The notes under the pieces are model-generated. The model was not told where the DNA came from, made no database searches, and was given only the letters and a program-made list of their open reading frames with translations. DNA of 64,000 bases from Marsupella aquatica (Eukaryota; Plantae; Marchantiophyta). A program made the position numbers and the translations under genes. Shown here piece after piece: positions 38,936-50,861 of the stretch. The stretch is from NCBI GenBank assembly GCA_973895155.1, contig OZ316891.1:4497708-4561707 (forward strand), in the 5' to 3' direction. Positions within the stretch are counted from its first letter, which is position 1, and each line of letters starts with the position of its first letter.

Positions 38936-41459
38936 TTAGTCAAGTCTGCAAAAATTTCACAAAAAAAAACAATCAACATCATCCTGAAATTGTTTCAATG
39001 GTAAGATCCATGCAGCTTTCTCCGACTATAGTCGGGTGGGAAGGGACATACCCTTTGCTGGCAAGGACTCCTGCTTCAATGTAAGCACAAAAAGGTATGG
39101 GATCTGCAAATGTCCAATTGTGCTAGACATGTGCAGTTAGGGCCAGGCCCTCCACTCCAATCCCTCTCCTCCAACATGGTGTGCCCTGTAAATTAATTCA
39201 TTGACTCACTCAAAAAGTTCTGACTTAGAGCATACACCTTGGACCACCCAAACTATATGACTGGCTCTAACTCTCATTGCCATTGGTGATCAAATCCAAG
39301 GCCCCCCTTCTCCCAGGCAACCTGCCTCTCCTTCAAGGAGCGCTAGACAACTGGTGATAAAATCTAGTAGTCTCCACCAGGGGCATTACTTCCCTGGGGT
39401 CTCACTTGAATTCAAGAAACCTGCAAACCCACACTTGCAATAGCAGAAAGACAAACTGAAAGGAAAACATAAAGAACATATCTATCTATTCTTACCATAA
39501 TTTGCCAAATGCCAACATACCCTGTCGTTAAAGCCCATACTCAAGTTCAAAAAGCAAAGAAGAAAAATGAGGTAGCAAAAAAATGGAGATTAATAGGTGA
39601 CCACTAACCTCTCTGGCCCTGCTCCAAGTACTCTGTTGAACACCCAACCAAATTTTACTGCAGAGCAACTGCTGATCACATGAACAACATCAAAGAAAAG
39701 ATATTAAAAAGTCATGTAGAGAGATTCTAGAAGCATTAGATGCAAGTTACATTTTAGTACACACATAAACTAAGGCAACCCCTTCTAGAAAAAACTTGAG
39801 CAAGAATTCAATTACTTAATCAACTGATACAATGGGAACTTGCCACAAGCGAGAATCTCAGAGCAAGCACCCGTCCTCTAGATAGCAACTCTCCTTCTAG
39901 GTTACAAAATCCTGCAAGGCAATGACAAAGATATTGTAAAATATCTACTAGATAGCAATCCAACTACCATGCAACAGCTCTAGAACAATGCCCATAAATA
40001 AACCGGGGGCAATAAGGGAGACAATAGGGAGACACTGTCGATACAGTAGTCTACAGTCTGCCAGCCTAGTTAGTCTAGTATTTTTACAACCAAAATGGAC
40101 CGTAACTGTGTATTGTCCTCCATAGTGCATGGATACGGCATATCGATAGGTAGAGAGTCCGTAGAACCATTAATTTAACAGCCTCGCAAATACTCACTCA
40201 CTCACTCACTCAATCACTCAATCACTCACTTATTCATCACTGATGCGGTTGCCCAAGTAAGTTGATGATGATTCATGGAAGCACAATTCATCACTGATCA
40301 CTCGCTCGCAATAGCTGCTAAGCTGATCCCAGCTGCCCATCGAGTGAGCTCGCTCGGAAAGCTTGAAGTCTCAAACAATGATGAGCAGCCTGCCGAAGTA
40401 CTACTAGCTACTACTACTATTGCTGCTACCTGAGATCTGGTGGTTCAAGAAGTCCAGCTTGTTCCAAACCCTTGTGGTTTGTTGTGTATAAGGTACACCA
40501 GAAGGTAAATTCCCCTGTGATCGTCTCCCTAATGATTGGAGCCGGTCGCACGAGACAAACTCTCGGTCGCACGAGACAGACTCACGGTCCAACATTCTAC
40601 AGTTCTACGTACAATTGTGGAACTGCAAATAAACCGCTCCTTCACATCCAAACCGTTACATTGGTCCCGGGCTAGCTAGTAAGAGGTCCCAATTAGCTGA
40701 AGCTGGCTATGAACGCAGGTATCGATCACACATCCACATGGGTGGATGGTTGGTAATTGCATTCCACGAAGTATAACTTCCAAGTTGACCCAAATTCATT
40801 AAGAGTAAGCACTAATGTCCATAACATTAGAATCACGATTTCGGACCGAACGAGAACTATTTCCTCTAAACAAGAAGTGTATTTTCATTTTCCGCCGAAT
40901 CTCGCGAAATCGACAGTTTTTTTAATCAAAAACACATTTTTGGGGAAATAATGTAATTCGTATCGGAGTTCGGATTGAAACAGCAAATTTAATAATGATC
41001 AAAACCAATGAAATTCATGCTAACAAACATTCATATTATCAAGGAATAATTAGATCCAAAAAACTTTCTCCTCAACCTCATATTCACGCTCTCTGAAGAT
41101 ATCTGAAAGGTCTTATCTATAAATCCATATCCACGTTTCGAGCCAAGTGCGATAACTGTATCGGACTCCGGATTTGAGCCATGAAAGCTCCAACCCAATC
41201 TCAGTTTTCTCAGTTTTTGGATATTTACCAAAAATATTTTACATCACAGTCGATAAGAATTACTGCACGGTTCGTCAAATTTACCTTGCAGTTACCTCCG
41301 CAATTGACCAGTTACCTCCGCAAGTGACCATAGTCAACATGCCATTCTTTCAACAGCAATGCGCAGTCCGATAAAATTATCGCAAAAACTACGGGCGACA
41401 AAAATACTAGTCAACAATACTAAGATCCATCGGTTCATCGGTTAAATTTCAAAATTCCT

Positions 41460-41666
41460 ATCCATATGAAGAAAACTCTTCGCAATACCAACATCAGATA
41501 AATTTATCGCTTCAATTTCAAAATTGCAACTTCCATATGAAGAAACCACTTTTGCAATACCAACATCAGATAAATTTATCGCTTCAATTTCAAATTGCAA
41601 CTTCCATATGAAGGAACCACTTTTGCAATACCAACATCAGATAAATTTATCGTTTCAATTTCAAAA
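41460..41666. repeat. About 71-bp tandem repeat, 3 copies, each carrying the GATAAATTTATCG palindrome
   Basis: gcaataccaacatcagataaatttatcg(c/t)ttcaatttcaaa is repeated three times. Confidence 0.9.
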
Positions 41667-42449
41667 CTATATAATTTTGCCATGATGCACGTGTGAGAAT
41701 GAAATTGGAAATCCAAGAAATATACCCTTTTCTACTATTTTGTCGTTTAGGGTGATAGCCAATCAAAAGTGGACACGTGGGCCAACCCCTCAACAGACAC
41801 TATAAAAGGGCCACCGCCGATAAGTTTTTGGCATCATTATCGAGAGTAGAGTTTTGGGAGTTGTGTTCTTGGAGCAACATTCTGTCCGTTGAGCCTTCCG
41901 TTTTCCCTGATTGCGGGAGGAATGCAAAGCCCCATAGTGTCTCGGATAGCCATGTCTCAATCAGACACAGATTCTCCTTCCAATTCAGTTGAATCCTCTC
42001 CTAATCTTGTCGCTTGCTGTTTGCCAAGTCGCATACTTAAAGCTCTACCTCTCTCACAGCAAATAGTGCCCGAAATCTCTGACTCAGATTCTGATGCAAG
42101 TTCTGGTCCTGAGCCCAGTGCTTACTATGTGTCGCCTAGTAAACCTGAGAAGCGTCGTCTCTTGAGCATTCCATTGCCAAGAAATGAGAAACTTTCAATC
42201 CCAGGTTTAGGTTCGAGACGTCGCTTCAGGCCATCCATCCCGGGTTATGGAGAGGGTATCCGGCGACCGATACGCGTATCGCAATCGACATTCAAGTCGC
42301 CACATTCAACACAAGTTCAATGATGGATCTTTCAGTCTCCGGGTGAGGATCGGGACACAGAAATACAAAGACCGATACGGCGATCGGTCTTTGCATTGCC
42401 TGGACTGGATGTGTGAGCAAGCGAGGGAATCGGACTGCAAAGTCCAGAC

Positions 42450-45400
42450 TTGACCCTTTCTCAAATGGTCCATGGGAATCGTGGTGAACAAGTGCTCAAT
42501 TTTCCAGCAGCTCGCGGAGTCGTTGGGACTGCACGTGCGAATCCAGAATCTCCAAGTTCTCAAGGGCGGACTGTCATTGGTTCCAGGCTCCAAGTATCGA
42601 GGAGAGGTCTTAGTGGCGTTTGGGTTATGTATAGAGAGCCACAGAGTCCAATTGTGTTTTTAGATGAGTCGAGTGCATCGGAGGACAAAGATGAGGAAGG
42701 AGATAGAGAATCCGATATAATAGCACAAGTTGTGTCTGAATATTTAGAAGGAGCTATCGAAGAGAATAGTTATAGTCGTCTATTCAGTGCCCCTCTAAAT
42801 GCGTCAAGGAGATCTATAGAGGATGGTAGCTCAACAGAGAGTGATGCATCTATTCACGAGGCACTTGAAGGACCCAAAAATGCCAATGTTATGAACGGAT
42901 TTCAGGCTGTAGAAAAGTCATATGAGCCTAGTAAAAAAGATAGGGACCGAATTACGAGGAAAGACAATGTGATAAATGACAAATTGAATAGAAACAAAAA
43001 GAGAGAAATTCATAAGTATTCGTGTTGTGATAATTACTGTCTGAGGAATTTGGGTCTGCTAGCCGTGACGAAACAACGCACTTATTACTATGGGCTATCC
43101 TACCCAGGGAAGAACGTCCTTCTAAGAGGATGTGTGAAGGGTGGGCATGCTGGTGCAAGTGGTTACTCAGTTAGCGGTAGATCCTTTTGTCGGAGTGGTT
43201 TTAAGAAATTATTTCACTAGGAAATAATCGTCTCCAAAAAATCTCACAGAACATATTTTCTCGGATACAGATCGGTACAGTGTGTCGAGAAAAATCACCC
43301 GCACATCTTGGTCTCGTCCAATGGCTGGATGATTTTTTTTCCACAAATGTCGAGAGTCTCCCCAACAAGGATATCTTTCATTTACCTGACAATTGGACAA
43401 AAACATAAGTTTTTGATGCCTTCCAGTCCGAAACTCTAATGTGCCAAGAACAAGGCATGACATATTCGTGGTTTGTTCGCATTTGGAACAAGGAGTTTCC
43501 TCGCGTGCGCATCCCCAAAAGGAGCCGTTTCTCCACCTACGCCCCGTGTACTGAATTCAAAGCACTCCTTGACAAGGCAACACTCGAAGCAGAAAAGAGT
43601 AAATTTCTAAACCTGTGTGTTACTCCCGATAATTTTATCGGGTTGAGTATTCATGTGCTTCTTCTTTGGCCATGTGAGTGAATATATCGTTTGAACAATT
43701 TGAATACTGAACCTGATAAATTTATCGCTGTCACAGTTTTTCATTACGGTCTTGTGTTTGAATACTGAACCCGATAAATTTATCGTTGTCAGGGTTTATC
43801 ATTACGGTCTCGTGTTTGAATATTGAACCCGATAAATTTATCGCTGTCAGGGTTCAACATTGCGGTTATCATGTTTTGTCTTAAACATTTTTATTATTGT
43901 AGGAAAATTCTCAACATTGCTAAACGAGCATCAGAAGGCACAAGCAGTCGAGAGGGAGAAGTTAGCAAAGCACCGGAGCAAATGTTACAAGAGTCCCGAG
44001 AAATATTTGGGCATCTGTATTGATGGAATGGATCAAAAGAAGACAGAGTTACCTCATTTCATTCGGTGTCCGAAGAATATGGATGAAAAGTATTTCATCC
44101 CCGTACACGTAGTGGATTGTTTGATCTTCAACAAACAATTAAGTTCAAATGTTTTTTTGAACTATCCAAATATTCACAATGATAGCAACCTGACCATCCA
44201 CGTTATCCAGCATATTCTGAATACCTGGGAAGGTCTGCTCCCTCCAGTGCTTTATCTCCAGCTTGATAACACAGCTCGGGAAAACAAGAATAAATATCTT
44301 ATGGCATATTTGAATATGTTGGTGGAGATAGGTGTTTTCCTGAAAATAAAGGTTGGTTTCCTATTGGTGGGGCACACCCATGATCAAATTGATCAAATAT
44401 TTAGCAAGTTTTCTTCAAAATTGAACAAGCGGAAAGCTTTCCGGTTGGACACTCTTTTAGCAATCATAGAGGAATCCTACAATCCTACAGCAAAGATATT
44501 TTTCGTTGACGAGGTTGCCGATTTCAAGAAATTTGTGTCAGACAAGGATCAAGCAAATGACAAGGATATGGATGGTCAGGTTCTACGTACTCTCCACGGC
44601 ATAAGTGCTCAAAAACAATTTTGGATTACTAGAGTACTCGAAGATGGAAGTGCTCGGTCCGTATTCCATGCCAAACATCTTTCAACGACAACCGATTGGG
44701 GGGAGACGGTGGATTTTGTTCGGTACATTCCATCATCTGGAATGTGGGTCGCACCAGAAATGGCATTGAAGTCGGCCACGGGAGCGACAGGAGACAATGA
44801 AGAGCAAGAGAATGATGCTGAGGAACAAGATGAGCGGGCGGCTCAAAGTTATTTGTCAACTCTTCAAAAATATTGAAGAGCAATTGAAGATGGATTCAAT
44901 TACTTTGACGACGAAGATCGTCTATGGTGGGGTCATTTTTTTGACAAACAAAAAGAAGTGATTCAGCACCACCTGAAACCTGCACAATGGAGTTTTGATT
45001 GGAGTTGGCCCAAGTTAAATGTACAGAGAGAACTTCCGAGTAATCCTACGGAAGCAACAATGGAACCTAGCTTGGTTGATAAAGTAGCGGGTGTGAGGAC
45101 AGTCATGTATTCCGGAAGTCGAAGAAAAGTCACGGAAATTGGAGACTTCAAGGATCTAGAGGTGAATACTAAATTTGCAATGATATGTGTAGCAACCCAT
45201 CAGGATCCCAAGGGAAGACCATTCTGGATGGCAAAAGTGATTGAGATTCTCACAAGAATTAACGACATCCCAGAGCGGATTAAAATCACTTGGTATGCAA
45301 TGGATTCGGAGGAAGAGTCTGCAATTGAAGGCATATATTATCCGGAGAAAGAGACTTCGTCTAGCAAAGTACTGGAGGATGAATTGTCCCTAGTAGAAAC

Positions 45401-45512
45401 TGCCGTTTATGCGTATAACTTTGCGTTATTGGCAAATAGTACTCTCCCTATACAAACAAGACGAATCATTCAAAATGCAATGGAGACTGTAGTCATTGAT
45501 AGTCAAAGCTAG
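42450..45512 (+). pseudogene. Sola1-like/DUF7869 DDD transposase (one intron, stops and frameshifts)
   Basis: Motifs CCDNYCL..FCRSGFKKLF; WNKEFPRVRIPKRSRFS; ICIDGMDQKK; LYLQLDNTARENKNK; LLVGHTHDQIDQIFS. The intron 43599-43902 joins AEK-RKFSTLL in frame. In-frame TGA at 44874. Confidence 0.85.
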
Positions 45513-46442
45513 TTGCAGGTTTAAGTTATAATGGTTATCGTTCCCATGAATATGTACAGTGGTTATCGTTCTGGGACTATGTACTCCGCAGCTATAATGA
45601 TATCTTTTTTTTTGAAATAATTGCAATGACAAACCAGTTAGAGCATACAATGCTAAGTCCGATAAGATTATTGACAACTCCATTCCCCCAGCTAGAACAC
45701 TGCGACAGTCCGATATATGCTAAGTCCAATTTATCGCATTAATAAAGGTGACAAAGCACTACAACACTACCTACACCTTTTGCGAACTTGAAAGCATCGC
45801 AAACAACAAAGGAAATCAAAAAACAAAACTCGTCTTTGCGAAGTATTGCGCATCGCAATAGAATCGCAAACTGCGAAGCCCAAAGGTTTGCATCCGGTCT
45901 TTTGCAAGACCTTCGCAACGCCTTCGCAACTTGCGACACTAATAGAATCGCAAAGGACTCACATTTAAGCGACTCCATGGGCGTCGCGAGAGGATTGCGA
46001 TAATAATCAAGCAGTTAAATATTTGCAATCCCAGGAGTTTGGTAATATGTTTGCGATATTAAGTGAATGGTAGTTATGCCATGAAGATCGCTTCGCATTT
46101 TTGTGAACTTATGTGGTTTGCATAATGTTTGTGATACCTTCAGTATGGTAAATATGCGATTTGGGTTGTTCGCATAGGTTTTGCAAGATGTCTTGAGGCT
46201 AGGGTTTAGATTTAGAGTTTTGAATTATGGTTGGGGTCTTGTTGTCCAACACGGAGAATGAGGTCTGAATCAAAATTTCTTTATAGAAAATTGATAGGTA
46301 CACAAAAATTAGGGTTTCCTAAACCCTAAACCCTAGATGGGTGTCATATGACAAGCTAGGTCCCTATAAGACAACCCATGATATCAAAACTATATACGAC
46401 ACTAAGTAAATGGGCATCCCATAGGCACTACACCACCAAGCT

Positions 46443-48409
46443 CTAGAATGGGGTCCTCCTACTCCTTGTCGCCGGCCTCTTCCCATTGTCCCTCTTGCGA
46501 CGATCCGGACGTGGCATAGGAGGTGGTGCTGGCTGCTCCTCCACATCTGGTTCCTCCTCATCCTCGTCCTCATCCTCTTCCTCCCCCTCCTGCTGGGAAA
46601 CTCCTCCTACTGGTCCAGATCCACTACTCCCTCCTACCTTGGGCCCCTTTGTCGTGGTCCCCTCATTGTTCTCATCGGTGCTGCTGGTATCACTAGCATC
46701 CTCATCATCCTGTTTGCACAGCACAACGCCAAATTGGTTTAGGTTTACGGAATGAAAAGATAAGTGGATTGGGTGGGAAAAACTGAAGGGGATACATGCA
46801 CTTACAGTCGCCAACTCTGCGTCAACCAAGTCAAAGAGATGTTTGGCTCCATGCGCAGCTCCTATCTCCATCTCTTTTGCTGTTATCTTCCTGCGGTACC
46901 TCTTATACTACCACAACCAAACATTCCAAAACCAAAATCGATCGAGGTTAATATGCTATAAACCCAAGAAAAATGCATGGAGGTGCTTATAGGGGGCCCC
47001 CTAGAACACAAAACTGGGCTCAATAACCCTTAGCGGTATTTTTTAAACATAATACACACTTGCGAAACGCCCCACTTCGCAAATTCAAATAAATTGGCTG
47101 CTTGCGAAGTAGTTTGCGAAGCGGGTTAGTTTGCAATAGCTTTGCATCTACAACTTTAAAAAATGCCATGATAGACTTTGCGAAACATTTGCAAAGCAAC
47201 CCGCATCGCAAAAGCTTTGCAAACTCTGTTTTTAAAAAATTCCGAGAAATCTCTAAGGCACGCAATGTGTCAGGGTGACCTAAAGTACAAGGCAGGCCGT
47301 AAGAAAGAAACAAGAGGTATGCAGGGGGGCATTGCAGGTTTGGATAGCAATTGAAAGCAAGGAAACAGAAGTAGGGGAGGAGAGGGCCCACTCACAAAGT
47401 GTGCTTTGAGGCCGGGAAGTCCACCTTGGCCCATCTTGTGCGTGGTCTTGGGCCGTTTGCTGACTCGCTCAGCTACAAGGATGAATTTTTGGGGTGGTGC
47501 CCCCACTTCATCCACAATGTGCTGCATGTGAGACACCTTCTCAGCCATTGCCTTGAGGTCTCGGTCGGACTTCCCGGCCTTCTGTGCCTTGGCTTCCATC
47601 TCCTTCCAGAAGAGAAGGTTCCTGGCAGCTCTCATCTGCACCTCCACTTTGTAAAAGGCATTCCACACGTCCTCAGTGAATTGCAGTGGCCTCCTCACGT
47701 TTTTGTACTCCTCCAAGTTCGCCTGGTAGGCCCTTACCTTCTTCCTATCATGGTACCGTGCTTGCGACATTGAATTGGAAATTCTATCTGCAAGCCACTG
47801 TTCATCAATCTCTGCTCCATTTCGAAATGAATCTTTGATTTGACTCATTACTTTCTTCTGGTCTGCCTTGCTGAGTTTCCCCCACTCAACTCCTCGTGCA
47901 AAATTGGAGCGCACCATAAGCCTGATAGTGCTCTTTGCCCTGGTGTAGGCCAGTTCAGTAGGAATGCCTTTGATCAAGGCAATCATAGGCAGCTTCTTCC
48001 TCTCTTCCTCCTTCTTTCGCTGCTCCTCCCGCTGTGCTCTTATCTCATCTCGTTCCTCTCTCCTCCTCTTCTTTTCTAGGGCAGCAGGTGAGACTACTCC
48101 TGCCTTGGCCCTCTCCTCCTTCTTACGCTTCTTCTCTCTTGCCTTCTGTTGAGCTGCACTCCTTTGCTCCTCCTCCCTTGCAATGTTCCCTACATCTACT
48201 CCCGTTTGCAAGGCTTGCCCTAGGATTGCACTCAAAGAAGCAATCCCTGCTGGTGTAGTCAAATCTAAGTGGCTCAACTGTGTTGCATTGAGGTGCTCAG
48301 CCATCAAATCGGTCCATTGATTCCTCTCCTGCTCCCCATTGCCTTCATTCCCATTGCCACTGTCACTCACCCCTGCCCCATCACCTCCATTTGCTCCACT
48401 GGAATCCAT
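46443..48409 (-). CDS. CACTA second ORF (TnpA/Transposase_24-like), spliced
   Basis: MDSSGANGG start at 48409; EWGKLSKADQKKV, RRPLQFTEDVWNAF and KTTHKMGQGGL motifs resemble TnpA/PTTA proteins; GTGAGT donor near 47395; acidic last exon at 46443-46710. Confidence 0.6.
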
Positions 48410-48924
48410 AGCTAAGCCACCCCCGAGCGTGCGCGAGCTCCCTTCTCCCTCCCTACGCTTGAAATTTTTCAAATGCCGCTGAGTACGCCGCGGTCGAGTG
48501 CAAAAGTACAAGCGGGAAAGACTTGCGAAGCAACCCATTTCGCAAGTTGCGATCCTTCTAGTTTTGCATGTAGTTTCTCAATTTTGCGAAACCATTGCAA
48601 CGTGAAAGGCTTCGCAACACCTTCGCTCTCTCGCAGAAATGCTCTCGGGCTCTGTTTTTTTGAAGGTCGTGCGAAAGCAGCAGCTTCGCAAAACTCAATT
48701 CTAATTTGTGACGGTATTTGCGAAGGAAGCGGCTTCGCAAGACATTGGCAACTCGTCCTGGGGGGAATGTTGGTTTCATTTGAAAGGGTTTTTTTCAAAG
48801 GTGAAGTGGACCCCTCTATACTCATATTTGGAATGCTTTTTGGCCATGTTTTGGGTGTTAGATAATAGTTGAAGGCGGGTTTGAAGGGTTAGGCAAATTT
48901 CAGGTTAATGGGTTATGTATGGTG

Positions 48925-49135
48925 TTGGTTTAGGCTAAGGTTTGGGTTTACATTAGTTTAGAAGAAATAATAAAGGTGTGGGATTTGGTTTACAAGAAAT
49001 AAGTAAGGTTTGGGTTTAGGGTTTTAGGGTTTGGGGTTTTTAAATAGAAAGGTCTCTAGGGTTGAAGAAAGGTTTGGGTTTGTGTGTAAGTCAGATTTAG
49101 GTTTAATAGGTAGGATGCGGTTTGGGGTTGAAGGT
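48925..49135. repeat. Degenerate plant telomere-like (TTTAGGG) tract upstream of the CACTA genes; similar short tracts at about 12421, 26391, 46200-46335 and 60320-60356
   Basis: tttgggtttagggttttagggtttgggg and related aaaccctaaa motifs. Confidence 0.6.
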
Positions 49136-49708
49136 TTGGATAAGACAAAGCAAGGTTTCATGAGATTTCTATTGCAGCCTTTTGGGTTTAAGAGAGGTTC
49201 ATTGGGTTTATGAATCAAAAAGGGATTGGCATGGGTTTTGCTAACAAAGGAGGGGAGTATATGATAGCTTGCAGGGTGCGGCACTTTTTGATGATTTGAT
49301 ACTAATGCATATGCATTGTGAGAGCCCGGGCATCTGAAAGGTAAACATTGCATGATCGGCTCAAGTGTTCCTTTCATGTACTTAACACTTTTGGTTGCCA
49401 CTATGTATAAAGGGGACATGTATATAGGGTTTTTTGTTCTTGTCTGGTCCAGATTATTGTGCTTACATATACATGGAATGGTTGCAGCTTTTCCCTCATA
49501 CTTTCAGATTGGGTTCATTAATTATCTTAGAGCCACAAGACCGTTTAGCACTACTGAGCCCGGGTCTCATAAAGGTACCTTTTTTATTGCTATGGTCATT
49601 TTGGTTTGGGTTTCTTGTCATCATTATTTGGGAACTTTGATTTATATCATTTTGTGGTATGTTTTGGTCATAACATGCCCATTTTAATTATATCTTGTTA
49701 CAGGGGAT

Positions 49709-50861
49709 ATGTCTTCATCTTCTGAAATCTCCACCACAGACTCGTCCTCCTCTGATGAAGATACACCACCTCCACCTCAACATCACACGACCGCACCTCC
49801 TCCTCGCGGTCCACCCCGTCAACTTTGTGAATGTTCCAGATGTGTGGGTCAGGTTTCCCAAAAATCTTACATATGTGCCCAACATATTGAGAGATATGGG
49901 CGTTGTGGACGTCATATGGCAGGGGCTTCTTCATCTCATATGGTAAGTGTTATGCCTTAGTTTTCCTACCCTATTCCCATTACTCAATGGTTGAAGGTTT
50001 TTAATTTCACACCTACTTTTGTTTGTTTTGGTTTCTGTGGAATAGGTATCCAATAGGCCTAGACCTGCGGCACAAGCACCCTATGTCCCATCACAAGGTG
50101 TTCTAGATGCTATAGGCAATGCATTCTCAAAAGCCTTGGGTCTAGCGGCAAGGCCCACCAGTCCTAGGGAAGTTGGGGTTGAGGCTATTGTCCCAAGAGG
50201 GAGAAAGCGTTCCAAGAGGCGGGCCTGAGGGGATACTGATTTGTACAAGGCAGTGGTTACGGGTAGGTGGGGTGATTGTGAGTTCATTGGCAGATGTGTC
50301 CCTATCATCAAGGACTGGGATCCTGAGACTCTTGGTTTGCCACAACAGCTTTCCTACGGTGCGGAGGTAGAGGTTTGGGGTAGACGTTGGGGTATCAAAC
50401 CTTCCACACTTGGGGATAGACATGGCTATGGAGTTTTTGCCTGTGAGGACATCATTGTGGATGCCGAGAGTGGTAGAGGTGGACGCAGCCAAGAGGGGCC
50501 TACTTTGTTTCCTTATGGTGGACCCATCTACAAGAGAAGACATTGGAACATGATCCTTGCACAACACCTTGAGTGGAAGACTTATGCATTGGACATGGAT
50601 ACTTTTGATGGAAACACTAGAAGGTATAGTGAGCAGCGTGTCATAGATGGGGACCCCATACGGACTGGGAATATTGCTGGTTTCATAAACATTACCGTGG
50701 GGACTCGCCCTAAGCGTAGGCAAAATTGTGAGTGGGTTTTCATTGAGGGTCCTCCGCCAGCACCTTATGGCCAGACATATCATCATGACCATTGCCTAGT
50801 TGTAGCAACGAGGACCATTAACTCAGGGGATGAGTTATTTACTCACTATGAGTGGGATTAG
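49709..50861 (+). pseudogene. SET-domain (lysine methyltransferase fold) gene inside the CACTA, with one in-frame stop
   Basis: IKPSTLGDRHGYGVFACEDI..LFPYGG..YAL..IDGDP..GNIAGFIN..QNCEW..VVATRTINSGDELFTHY. Exon 1 (49709-49942) splices in phase 0 to 50046. TGA at 50226. Confidence 0.85.

Noticed and set aside
39137-39150. TTAGGGCCAGG as the missing P-like TIR
   Set aside because: It has mismatches to TGAGGGCCCAGGG, is not followed by the expected TSD CGTTATGA and lacks the subterminal sequence seen at 12420-12736.
46200-46335. True telomere or chromosome fusion site
   Set aside because: Only short degenerate TTTAGGG/CCCTAAA tracts, typical of telo-box-like sequence in plant repeats.
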